Shown here piece after piece: positions 19,060-27,016 of a stretch of DNA of 39,048 nt (the first letter of the stretch is position 1; each line of letters starts with the position of its first letter). The position numbers were made by a program, and so were the translations under genes. The notes under the pieces are model-generated. The model worked only from the letters and a program-made list of their open reading frames with translations. It was not told the DNA's origin and did not search any database. This DNA comes from Pseudomonadota bacterium. GTDB lineage: Bacteria; Bdellovibrionota; FAC87; UBA2466. Location of the stretch: positions 1 through 39,048 of the forward strand of contig JAYUGC010000038.1 in NCBI GenBank assembly GCA_043767805.1. The letters are read 5' to 3'.

Positions 19060-19533
19060 ATGCTGGAAGCCGAGTTCTCCGAATCCGTAAAGAAGCTGGC
19101 GGAGCTTTTTGCCCGCCCGGTCTGTCTTAAAGGTACCGAGCCGCTTCGCCGTGGCGTTGAGCTCGCGGTCTTTTTGGACGGCGCCGGCCCAGCCTCTCTC
19201 ACCCGCACAAGCGAAGGCATCGAAGTGCGTCCCGTCGCTCCGAAGAAGCCGGACATGACTTTCCGCGTTCCGACAGAAGCCTTGAACGAGCTTCTCAAAA
19301 CGAAAACCGAAGACGTCGGCGAAATCGGAGTCGCGATCTTAAAGCTCATGGCGAACGCGGACCCGGCCTACCGCATTCAAGCCAAGGTCCACATCGGCGC
19401 TTTCGATCTTTTGAGAAACGGCTATCTCGGCGTGCTTCCCTTGGGCGGCGGCACCGTCATGAAGTTTCTTTCGAGCAAAGGCCTTACCAGCATCAGCAAA
19501 ATCAAGGACGCTTTGGGGCGCTTGCGAAATTAA
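19060..19533 (+). CDS. SCP2 sterol-carrier-like / hypothetical protein
   Basis: 157 aa; GIEVRP....KPDMTFRV resembles SCP2-fold proteins; first gene of an operon with hpt. Confidence 0.5.
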   Translation: MLEAEFSESVKKLAELFARPVCLKGTEPLRRGVELAVFLDGAGPASLTRTSEGIEVRPVAPKKPDMTFRVPTEALNELLKTKTEDVGEIGVAILKLMANADPAYRIQAKVHIGAFDLLRNGYLGVLPLGGGTVMKFLSSKGLTSISKIKDALGRLRN

Positions 19534-19543
19534 GGAAATGATC

Positions 19544-20077
19544 ATGAAGGGACCCGGAAAAATTTATTTGAGTTCCGCTCAAATCCAGACCCTGAACGAG
19601 ACCTTGGGCAAGAAGATCACCACCGACTACGCAAGCCGTCTGGGGCCGGGCGAAGAGCTACTGGTCGTGATCACCTTAAAGGGCGCGCTGCTCTTTTCCG
19701 CGGATCTCATCCGTCACATCGATATCCCGCTGGCCATCGATTTCGTGCGGCTCGCGAGCTACGGATCCGGCACCAAATCGAGCGGATCAGTGCGTTTCCT
19801 GAAGGACTTGGAAACCTCGGTCGAAGGCCGCCATGTTTTGATTCTGGACGAAATCGTCGACTCCGGACGAAGCATGGAATTTTTGATGGGCCGCATCGAG
19901 GCGGATCATCCCAAGTCGGTCCGCATCGCGGCGCTACTGAGCAAACCCAGCCGCCGGGAGGTGGACGTTACCGTCGATTATCTTGGCACCGAAGTGGAAG
20001 ACCGCTTCCTCATCGGGTATGGTTTGGACCATGGGGAAAAACACCGCAACCTTCCCGACATTTACGCTCTGGATTAG
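19544..20077 (+). CDS. hpt: Hypoxanthine phosphoribosyltransferase
   Basis: LKGA..F.ADL, ASYG.GT.SSG, PRPP loop LILDEIVDSG, F.IGYGLD..EK.RNLP. Confidence 0.93.
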   Translation: MKGPGKIYLSSAQIQTLNETLGKKITTDYASRLGPGEELLVVITLKGALLFSADLIRHIDIPLAIDFVRLASYGSGTKSSGSVRFLKDLETSVEGRHVLILDEIVDSGRSMEFLMGRIEADHPKSVRIAALLSKPSRREVDVTVDYLGTEVEDRFLIGYGLDHGEKHRNLPDIYALD

Positions 20078-20080
20078 CTT

Positions 20081-20590
20081 ATGAAAAAACTCGCTCACGT
20101 GCTTCTCGGTCTCACTCTTTTCACCGCCCTCAGCGCGAAAGCCGACCCGCAATCTACCGACGAGATGTGGAAGGGCTCCCCCTACGATCGCAACGTCTCG
20201 CTCGCGATCATTCAAGGGCTCGGCTTTCCCAATGGGAGCGTCGGTTACGCCGTGAACGGATATCTCGGCATTAAAGTCCTGCACAAGGGCTTCGTTCCGG
20301 ACATCAATAACCAAGTCTTCGCGGAGCTTTTCTTCGGCGGGTTATTCGGCGGCGGAGACGGCACGAATCTCGGCGCTCAGCTCCGCTGGGACATTCACAA
20401 AGATTATCTCTGGACCTTCTACGCCGTTGGCGGCCTAGGCGTCGGCATTTACGGAAACGCGCCATTGAAAACGACCCAAGTTTTCCCCCGCATCGGCGTC
20501 GGCGCCTTCTGGCATCTCTTCGAGGGATTGAGCTTCCGCGCAGAAGTGACGGAAAGCCTCATCGCGATCGGTATTGCCACCGGCTTTTAA
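20081..20590 (+). CDS. Small outer-membrane beta-barrel protein
   Basis: Signal peptide, alternating aromatic/Gly beta strands, C-terminal Phe. Confidence 0.7.
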   Translation: MKKLAHVLLGLTLFTALSAKADPQSTDEMWKGSPYDRNVSLAIIQGLGFPNGSVGYAVNGYLGIKVLHKGFVPDINNQVFAELFFGGLFGGGDGTNLGAQLRWDIHKDYLWTFYAVGGLGVGIYGNAPLKTTQVFPRIGVGAFWHLFEGLSFRAEVTESLIAIGIATGF

Positions 20591-20668
20591 GCGCTCTATT
20601 TGGTTCCGGAAGCGACGTTCCGGGTGGAGAGTTGACGAGGCGCAAGCCAGGAGTGGTAAAACGCGCAC

Positions 20669-20804
20669 TTCGTATAATAAAAGATCGATCCGACTCGCGT
20701 GCGGACCTACTTATGTTCACCTTTGGACGACTGGGTCGGGCCGTATACTTAGTGTACGAATTTGCCTCCGGGCGTAGAGCCAAACCTCGCTCTGGTTGGA
20801 AGGC
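20669..20804 (+). ncRNA. Candidate structured small RNA of unknown class
   Basis: Two hand-folded hairpins (20669-20760, 20764-20804) with G-U pairs favouring the plus strand; upstream TTGACG...TGGTAAAAC-GCGCAC; lies between convergent genes. Confidence 0.45.
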
Positions 20805-20825
20805 CTTGGTATCGCGACCGGCGTC

Positions 20826-21719
20826 TCAACCGAAAGTCGTTATCTCGATACAGGCGACGGCCTCCGCGGCGGCGACCCCTTTGGGGTTCGGGATATTCTT
20901 GCGGTGATCGTAATACGCGGCGTCGGCGCATGCCTCGCGACTCACTTCTTTCCAGCCGTCCGGAAAATAGCGGAAATAAGTTTGTTTAACCGACGCAGGC
21001 GAGAAGGCCTCGATCATACGGTCCACCATCGCGGCATCGAAGAGCTGAAGCCACTCATAGTCCGCCCGTTTGCCGAAAGGGACGGAGATAAACGCCTGGC
21101 CGCCGCGCTTTAATGTCCGCGCGAGCTCACGCACAGCAACCAGGTAGTCGTCGGACTTAATCTCGGGCCGGCCGGCTTCCTGGGTGTAGTGCAGACTATT
21201 GTTCATCCCCACATGTTCGAGGGTCGAGAGGCTCACGATGAAATCGAACGCCTGGTCGCGAAAACTCAATTTACGGAGATCTTCATAAACGTACGAAACC
21301 TTTTTCCACCAGTGGCATTCGGATTCCGGCACTAGGGTTACTAGAACCAGCTCCTTTTCCTTGAGGGCTTCCCGGTTCAAAATGTAATCGAAATTGAGCA
21401 CCGAGCCCGCGTCGAGCAGGTGTCCCTTTCCGCGCGGAAGGCGCTCGAAAAGCCAAGGGTACTCCACGATCCGCTCGTCAAAACCGGCGCCGTAACCAGA
21501 GGGAAGCCGATCGGAATGAAAACTCTTGTCGTTCAGGATCTCAATGACGCTCCGCCGGCGGGCAGACGCGTATCCCAAGGACCAAGCGTTCTTGCCCCCG
21601 GCGCGGTACAACGCACGGCTCACGCAGGCGTCGAAGCGAAAAACCAGGTTCGAAGCACGGTGGTACCCTCCATTCAAGAGGAGGAAGAGCTTAGTTATGC
21701 CTTGGTAAAGTGCAGTCAT
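20826..21719 (-). CDS. Class I SAM-dependent methyltransferase-like protein (DUF268-like)
   Basis: ERIVEYPW, LLDAGS, FDFIVSLSTLEHVG, LKRGG..FISVPFG. Confidence 0.8.
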   Translation of the reverse strand: MTALYQGITKLFLLLNGGYHRASNLVFRFDACVSRALYRAGGKNAWSLGYASARRRSVIEILNDKSFHSDRLPSGYGAGFDERIVEYPWLFERLPRGKGHLLDAGSVLNFDYILNREALKEKELVLVTLVPESECHWWKKVSYVYEDLRKLSFRDQAFDFIVSLSTLEHVGMNNSLHYTQEAGRPEIKSDDYLVAVRELARTLKRGGQAFISVPFGKRADYEWLQLFDAAMVDRMIEAFSPASVKQTYFRYFPDGWKEVSREACADAAYYDHRKNIPNPKGVAAAEAVACIEITTFG

Positions 21720-21769
21720 GAAAATCATTTTAGCACGGCCTTACAGAGATTTTCCCCGTCATAAGGATA

Positions 21770-21800
21770 TGGGGGAGAGAGCCACAAGCTCTCTCCCCCA
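21770..21800 (-). terminator. Hairpin terminator after flgE
   Basis: Perfect 13-bp stem TGGGGGAGAGAGC-CACAA-GCTCTCTCCCCCA, 20 nt past the flgE stop; weak U tract. Confidence 0.7.
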
Positions 21801-21820
21801 ATGAGACTAGTTAATCGCTA

Positions 21821-23110
21821 TTAGCGTCCAGCGACTTTCAGCACTTCATCGAGCATCTCGTTCGCGGTGGTGATCGACTTCGCGCTGGCTTGGAAGCCGC
21901 GCTGAGCCTTAATCATGTCCACGAATTCCTTCGCGAGATCCACGTTGGAATTTTCGAGGCTGAGCGGATCGATGCTGCCGCGCCCGTTGGTGTTCGGCTT
22001 GCCGATTTGGGCCTGGCCGGACGTCACGGTTTCGCTGTACTGGTTCTCACCGAGTTTCGAGAGACGTTCCGTCGCTTCGAAACGGGCGACGCCAATTTGG
22101 CCGAGCGTCTTGTTCTGGCCGTTGGTGTACACGCCGGTGATGATGCCTTCATCGTTGATGCTGGCATCGGCGAGCACTCCTGCGCCGTAACCATCCTGCA
22201 CGTTTCTGAACGACGCGCTCTTCGAGCCGAAGGACGTCGATCCCTTGGTGCCGGTACCGAGCTCCGCCGTCGGATCACCGAAGTCGAACCGGAGGTTCTG
22301 ATCGGGGACCGCGCCGTTGGAGAAGTTGCTGTTGACGATCTGCTGATCGCTGACCGCAAGCTTACCGAGCTCGTCGAACTGGAGCGTGCCTTGGGTAATC
22401 ACTTCCTGATTGCCCGCGGTACCGCCCGCGAGGTTCGCGCCGTCGGTCATGCCGTGCCATTCCCACGTTCCCTCACCGACCTTGGTGAAGAACATGTTCA
22501 TGGGATGGGCATTACCCACGGAATCGAACACCTGCAGCGCGGTCGAGAAGGTCGACGTTTCCGCCGGCCGCGCGAGATCGATGGGCGCGTTGATTTTCGC
22601 GCGCGCATCGAGGTTCACGTTGAGCTCGATCTTGCTGGTTGGTTTCGCCGGGATGGTGTTGAAGGGAATGCGGACGTCATCGAGCTTGCCGCTGATGGAT
22701 CCGTCGGACAGCGCCGTGTAGGCCTGTACTTTCCCGCCTTGGAGATTAGTGAGCCAGCCGTCCTTATCGAAACGGAAAGAACCGTCCCGGGTATACGAGA
22801 AACCATGCTTATCGCTTTTTACGACGAAGAAGCCGTTTCCGTTGATGGCTAGATCGGTGCTGCGATCCGTTTTGGTGATCGCCCCTTGAGTGAACAGGTT
22901 GGTGACTCCGCCGACCTTCACGCCGCGACCGACCTGCGAAGGCGATCCGCCCGACCCGAAATCCTGAGCCAGGAAATCGTGGAACTCGGTCCGTGAGGAC
23001 TTAAATCCCGTGGTATTGGCGTTGACGATGTTATTGGTGACGGTAGCGAGCATTTGGCCATGGCTTTCCAAACCGGAAATAGCCGAGGCCATTGACGAGA
23101 CGACTCCCAT
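21821..23110 (-). CDS. flgE: Flagellar hook protein FlgE
   Basis: NNIVNANTTGFK, DLAINGNGFF, YTRDGSF, LENSNVDLA.EF..MI.AQRGFQA; 429 aa. Confidence 0.97.
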   Translation of the reverse strand: MGVVSSMASAISGLESHGQMLATVTNNIVNANTTGFKSSRTEFHDFLAQDFGSGGSPSQVGRGVKVGGVTNLFTQGAITKTDRSTDLAINGNGFFVVKSDKHGFSYTRDGSFRFDKDGWLTNLQGGKVQAYTALSDGSISGKLDDVRIPFNTIPAKPTSKIELNVNLDARAKINAPIDLARPAETSTFSTALQVFDSVGNAHPMNMFFTKVGEGTWEWHGMTDGANLAGGTAGNQEVITQGTLQFDELGKLAVSDQQIVNSNFSNGAVPDQNLRFDFGDPTAELGTGTKGSTSFGSKSASFRNVQDGYGAGVLADASINDEGIITGVYTNGQNKTLGQIGVARFEATERLSKLGENQYSETVTSGQAQIGKPNTNGRGSIDPLSLENSNVDLAKEFVDMIKAQRGFQASAKSITTANEMLDEVLKVAGR

Positions 23111-23133
23111 GTATCCTCCCTAATGGATCAAAA

Positions 23134-23276
23134 GAAAGCTTCGCCCCGAAAGGTTACGCTTTCCGTTCCTTCAAGCTTCTGTGGAGGACCACAGGCCAGC
23201 TCGAGAAACTATGCCGTCCCCGGGACCTTCCCGGAAACAGCTGCCATCCGTTCTTCAAACTCCGCGGAGACCCGCG
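23134..23276 (-). promoter_or_regulatory. Structured intercistronic leader of flgE (four hairpins)
   Basis: Stems at 23263-23276, 23213-23241, 23171-23204 and 23134-23163 (UUCG loop, then a U-run) before the GGGAGG RBS. Confidence 0.55.
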
Positions 23277-23283
23277 AAATTCT

Positions 23284-23670
23284 CTAAACCAAGACGGCGC
23301 TATCGATGTTCGTGAATATGCGGTCTTTCATTTGCGCTTTGTCCATGGCGGTGATTACCGTTCTGGACTTCACGTTCGCGATGACCGCGACGTTGTCGGC
23401 GAGTATCAGAGCTTCGCGGCTGCCTTTGGCTTCGGCGGCATCGATTCCCTGACTGATGCGATTTTCCAGCGCCTCGCTCCACGGAATCTCCCGAGACTTG
23501 ATGCGGGTTTCCGCATGCTTCGAGAAATTCAGCTGCCTCTCGAGGACCTGCTGGAACTCCGTCGGGCCTTTGGGTAACCCGGGCTTTGCACCCGGGCCCT
23601 TCGGCTCGATGGACGGACTTATGGACGGAGTGACGGCTCCGGTTGCTCGGTAGAGCTCACTAATGCTCAT
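23284..23670 (-). CDS. Flagellar operon protein, TIGR02530-like
   Basis: LNFSKHA..RI..R, A.AKGSREAL, V.SRTVITAMD, IFTNIDSAV; located between flgD and flgE. Confidence 0.9.
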   Translation of the reverse strand: MSISELYRATGAVTPSISPSIEPKGPGAKPGLPKGPTEFQQVLERQLNFSKHAETRIKSREIPWSEALENRISQGIDAAEAKGSREALILADNVAVIANVKSRTVITAMDKAQMKDRIFTNIDSAVLV

Positions 23671-24584
23671 CTTCCGAACCTCCCTATGAGTTGACTCATG
23701 TCACCGTGGGATTTCCCCTCGGCGCCATCGTCGTTATCCGACACTTCGGAGATCGTCGGAGCTTCGGGGGCTTCCGGCGCTTCCGGCGCTTCTCCACCCT
23801 CCTCGAGCTGACCCAGCTGGATCACTTTCGGAAGGCCCTTCGGGAATTGCGCTCCGGCCTCGGGCTTGATGAGGCCTGGGATTTGAGGAGCTACTGCGGC
23901 TTTATCGGAAGGCAGAGACACGCGAGACACTTTAGCGAGCTCTATCTTGGTTGGGCCGCTTCCCGTATCGACGATAAGCACGGTGGAACCGCCTTCAGTC
24001 TCGATCCCCGTCACTCGTCCCGACACTTCGGAACCGAGTTCCTTGGACTGACCGTTGCGATCCACGCCATGTATTTTGAAGCCGTATTTACCGCTGGCCA
24101 CGGCATTGCCTGCATTGTCTTTTCCGTCCCAGACGACCGCGGCGTTGTCGTCTCTACCCGCAATCTCCATCTCGCGCACTAACGTTCCGCCTTGATCGTA
24201 GATGGTTGCTTTGACGGGCGTGGCCTCAGCGTCGGGCAGATACTTCAACGCAACCGCTTGGCCACCTTGAAGATCTACCCGACTCCCTGAAGCACGCACT
24301 TCCTTGCCGATCATTCCAAGCGCCTGAAGCTTGGCTTCTTCGCCCCTGCCTCCGTTCAGATTCTCGATGCCCTTGCCGATGTTCGCCAGCTGTTCCAATT
24401 GCGTGAATTGGGCAAGCTGGGTCGCGAACTGTTCTTGGTTCATCGGGTTCACTGGATCTTGATGCTGAAGCTGGGTCATGAGCATTTTCAGAAAGTCGTC
24501 CTTACCCATATTGTTATGAGCTTTGGCGGCAGTCTGCTCCTCACGCATCAAGTGCTTGGGAATGGTTGGCATTACCGGTTCCAT
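23667..24584 (-). CDS. flgD: Flagellar hook cap FlgD
   Basis: MGKDDFLKML.TQL..QDP.NP, QLAQF.QLEQ, WDGKD..G. Confidence 0.95.
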   Translation of the reverse strand: MEPVMPTIPKHLMREEQTAAKAHNNMGKDDFLKMLMTQLQHQDPVNPMNQEQFATQLAQFTQLEQLANIGKGIENLNGGRGEEAKLQALGMIGKEVRASGSRVDLQGGQAVALKYLPDAEATPVKATIYDQGGTLVREMEIAGRDDNAAVVWDGKDNAGNAVASGKYGFKIHGVDRNGQSKELGSEVSGRVTGIETEGGSTVLIVDTGSGPTKIELAKVSRVSLPSDKAAVAPQIPGLIKPEAGAQFPKGLPKVIQLGQLEEGGEAPEAPEAPEAPTISEVSDNDDGAEGKSHGDMSQLIGRFGR

Positions 24585-24592
24585 TACTTACC

Positions 24593-25918
24593 TCAAATCC
24601 GCAGGTCGACTCGGCCGTTTCCGCCAACGGTGCTGGCGGAGCGGACGATCGCTTGCGGTACGGACGAGACGGCTTCCAGTCCCCGGTTCCCTTGCGAGAA
24701 CGACGACCGACGGCCTCCTTGTCCTTGGTTGGGTCCCCCTTGAGTGTTCCCAGCTTGGTGTCTTCCGTCGTTCATTCCCGCGAAGGATTGACCGGAGAAG
24801 GACATGGGATCGTGGTGGACCTGGACGTCTAGTTTTGCGAGATGCAGATCTTGCGACTGCATCGAGGACTTTAAGTCAGCGAAGTGGCTTTCGAGCGCGT
24901 TCTTGGCTTGAACGCTCTCTGAGCGCATCTCCACTTCGACCCGGTTGCCTCGGGTCGTTACCTTGACCTGGATTCTGCCGAGGTCCGGCGGATCCAAAGC
25001 CACGGTCATTTCCCCTCCGCCTTTCTGAACCAGGGTTTGCACCTGGCTCATGACTTCAGGAAGCGCGACCGGACCCGTAGATCCGCTCGCGGCTTTGTTG
25101 TCTATGGCCGTTTGCGCCACCTCCGCTTTGTGCACGGAAGAGGAGCTGGAAAAGCCGTTAATTTCGAGAGAGCTCGTGTCTCCGTTCTTCTTCTGAGAAA
25201 CCGCTTCCGGCTTCACTTCGGGAAGAGCCGCTTGCGCGACAGGGGACGATGAGGTCTCGATGGCTTTCTCCGCACGAGGCCGCGCGGCTTCCACGACCGG
25301 GGCTACGGTCTTGGCTTCCGCTTCGGCTTTGTTGGCTGCGTATTTCTTCGCCGCCAGCTGCTGACCCTGGCGGGAGATCGACAAGTCGACTCCCGCCTGA
25401 TCCGCTACTTTCTGGAATCCCTCGAGAGGGATCCCTTTTTCCTCGGACTTAACCGCCTTGTTCCCTTCATTCATGGCGTCCACCGCTTCCGTCGATGACG
25501 GGACGAGCGCGTTGGTCGCCTTCATGAGGTCTTCCGACGATATCCACTGCGGTTTCGTCGCTTCCTTAGCCATTACCTGCGCCTCTCCTCCCCCGTTCAG
25601 GGAAGGATTGACGACGGGTTTCGGCAAATCCGCCAAGAGGGCCGGATTCATCTGGGGCATGTTGGGAATTGCGGCAAACATCGCCTGTAAAGGATCGCGG
25701 CTGAGATCAGTCGCACCTTTTTCAGGCGAAGGCACGCCGAGCGCAAGAAGCGCATCCGGCGTCGTGGGTGTCTGGGGATCCTGGAGGCCCAGTAAGTAGT
25801 TCATGAAGTCGAACTCTCCTGTCTCCGGTTGCCCTTGGGCCTGGACTTGACCCAATCCCATCCCCTGTGCGGGAGACGGAGACTGGATGTTTAGGTTCAC
25901 GTTTTGTATAGGCTGCAT
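24593..25918 (-). CDS. fliK: Flagellar hook-length control protein FliK
   Basis: Low-complexity N-terminus, C-terminal LDPPDLGRIQV; GGAGGTG RBS before MQPIQ. Confidence 0.9.
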   Translation of the reverse strand: MQPIQNVNLNIQSPSPAQGMGLGQVQAQGQPETGEFDFMNYLLGLQDPQTPTTPDALLALGVPSPEKGATDLSRDPLQAMFAAIPNMPQMNPALLADLPKPVVNPSLNGGGEAQVMAKEATKPQWISSEDLMKATNALVPSSTEAVDAMNEGNKAVKSEEKGIPLEGFQKVADQAGVDLSISRQGQQLAAKKYAANKAEAEAKTVAPVVEAARPRAEKAIETSSSPVAQAALPEVKPEAVSQKKNGDTSSLEINGFSSSSSVHKAEVAQTAIDNKAASGSTGPVALPEVMSQVQTLVQKGGGEMTVALDPPDLGRIQVKVTTRGNRVEVEMRSESVQAKNALESHFADLKSSMQSQDLHLAKLDVQVHHDPMSFSGQSFAGMNDGRHQAGNTQGGPNQGQGGRRSSFSQGNRGLEAVSSVPQAIVRSASTVGGNGRVDLRI

Positions 25919-25969
25919 GCCATATTCACCTCCCCTCAATTTTTATTTTGGAGCATCGGCTCCGGTACT

Positions 25970-26572
25970 TCATTGACCTGAAATCGCGTCTTTCGCGGAG
26001 GCCGTCGCCCGGTTGAGGTGACGCTCCGTGATCTGGCGGGCCCGTTCGGCCGGCATCAGACCTAGAATCTCGGCGGCTCGGCCCGCCGACATCTTCTTCA
26101 AAAATCGGGTGGCGACCGGAAGCTCGAGCTTCTCGAAGATCTTCGCCGCTTTCTTGGCTTCCATCTTTTCGTAGATCGACAGAAACTCGTCCGGCTTCTC
26201 CTCGTGCTTGTTCTCAGTGACTTCCAGCTTCGCCTTGAGCTCCTGGATGGTTCTTTCGTAACCCTTCATCTGCTCGGCGAGCGCCGCTTCCTTGTCGGCG
26301 ACCGCGGCTTCGCGACGATGAATGGCCTCTTCCTTTTCCTGCACGCCCTTCTCCCGATCCTGCACCGAGCGCTGAATCGTCTCGACGCTGGTCTCCGGAG
26401 CTTTTTCCGCGGCCGAAACTTGCGAGAATTTCAAGAGACCCACTTCGTACATGAGCCAAACGCCGACCAGGACGGTCAGACCGACGAGCAAACCGGATAC
26501 CTTCGCCAAAGGCTTGGCCTTGGGTTTAGCCTCCGGAAGGGGGTAGTCGCTGACTCGAATCTTTTTCATCAT
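25970..26572 (-). CDS. MotE/YlxF-like flagellar protein
   Basis: TM, coiled coil, IYEKM.AKKAAKIF...AAEILGLM; sits between fliJ and fliK. Confidence 0.8.
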   Translation of the reverse strand: MMKKIRVSDYPLPEAKPKAKPLAKVSGLLVGLTVLVGVWLMYEVGLLKFSQVSAAEKAPETSVETIQRSVQDREKGVQEKEEAIHRREAAVADKEAALAEQMKGYERTIQELKAKLEVTENKHEEKPDEFLSIYEKMEAKKAAKIFEKLELPVATRFLKKMSAGRAAEILGLMPAERARQITERHLNRATASAKDAISGQ

Positions 26573-27003
26573 CCGTTTTTCACCCTTAGTTTTAAAATCT
26601 GGTAATTGTCGTCGAGCCGCTTTTGATCCTTGCGGCCTTCCAGCATCCGGTAATCCTTGCGCCGCTTGTCTTTCAGTGACTCGAGCCCTTTGCGCTTCAG
26701 GAGAAGGCGATTGAGTTCCGTTTTCTTGACGCCGATTTCCGCTTCTTTCACTTTCAGCCTGCCGCCCACGTCCTGGATCTCTTTGGCATCCGAGGGGATT
26801 TTCGCCGAGACGTAGGGGGCCCATTCCAGGGACAAAGTCTTTCCGTGCGCGCCGAGGAGAGCCTGAATATTCGCCTCGAGCTCCCGGCACCGCGCCGTAA
26901 GCCTTTCCGCGTCTTTCATCAGACGGGAAATTTCAATACGAACCGAGCTCTCTTCGACCTCAGTCCAGTCCAGCGCCTTTTGGAGGGGAAAACGAAATTT
27001 CAT
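26569..27003 (-). CDS. fliJ: Flagellar export protein FliJ
   Basis: MKFRFPLQK.LD, coiled coil, Q..LDD; follows fliI. Confidence 0.85.
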   Translation of the reverse strand: MKFRFPLQKALDWTEVEESSVRIEISRLMKDAERLTARCRELEANIQALLGAHGKTLSLEWAPYVSAKIPSDAKEIQDVGGRLKVKEAEIGVKKTELNRLLLKRKGLESLKDKRRKDYRMLEGRKDQKRLDDNYQILKLRVKNG

Positions 27004-27016
27004 TCATTTCCTCTCA

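Noticed and set aside
20632..20907. 91-aa ORF across the candidate RNA
   Set aside because: No RBS, overlaps the convergent methyltransferase, not protein-like.
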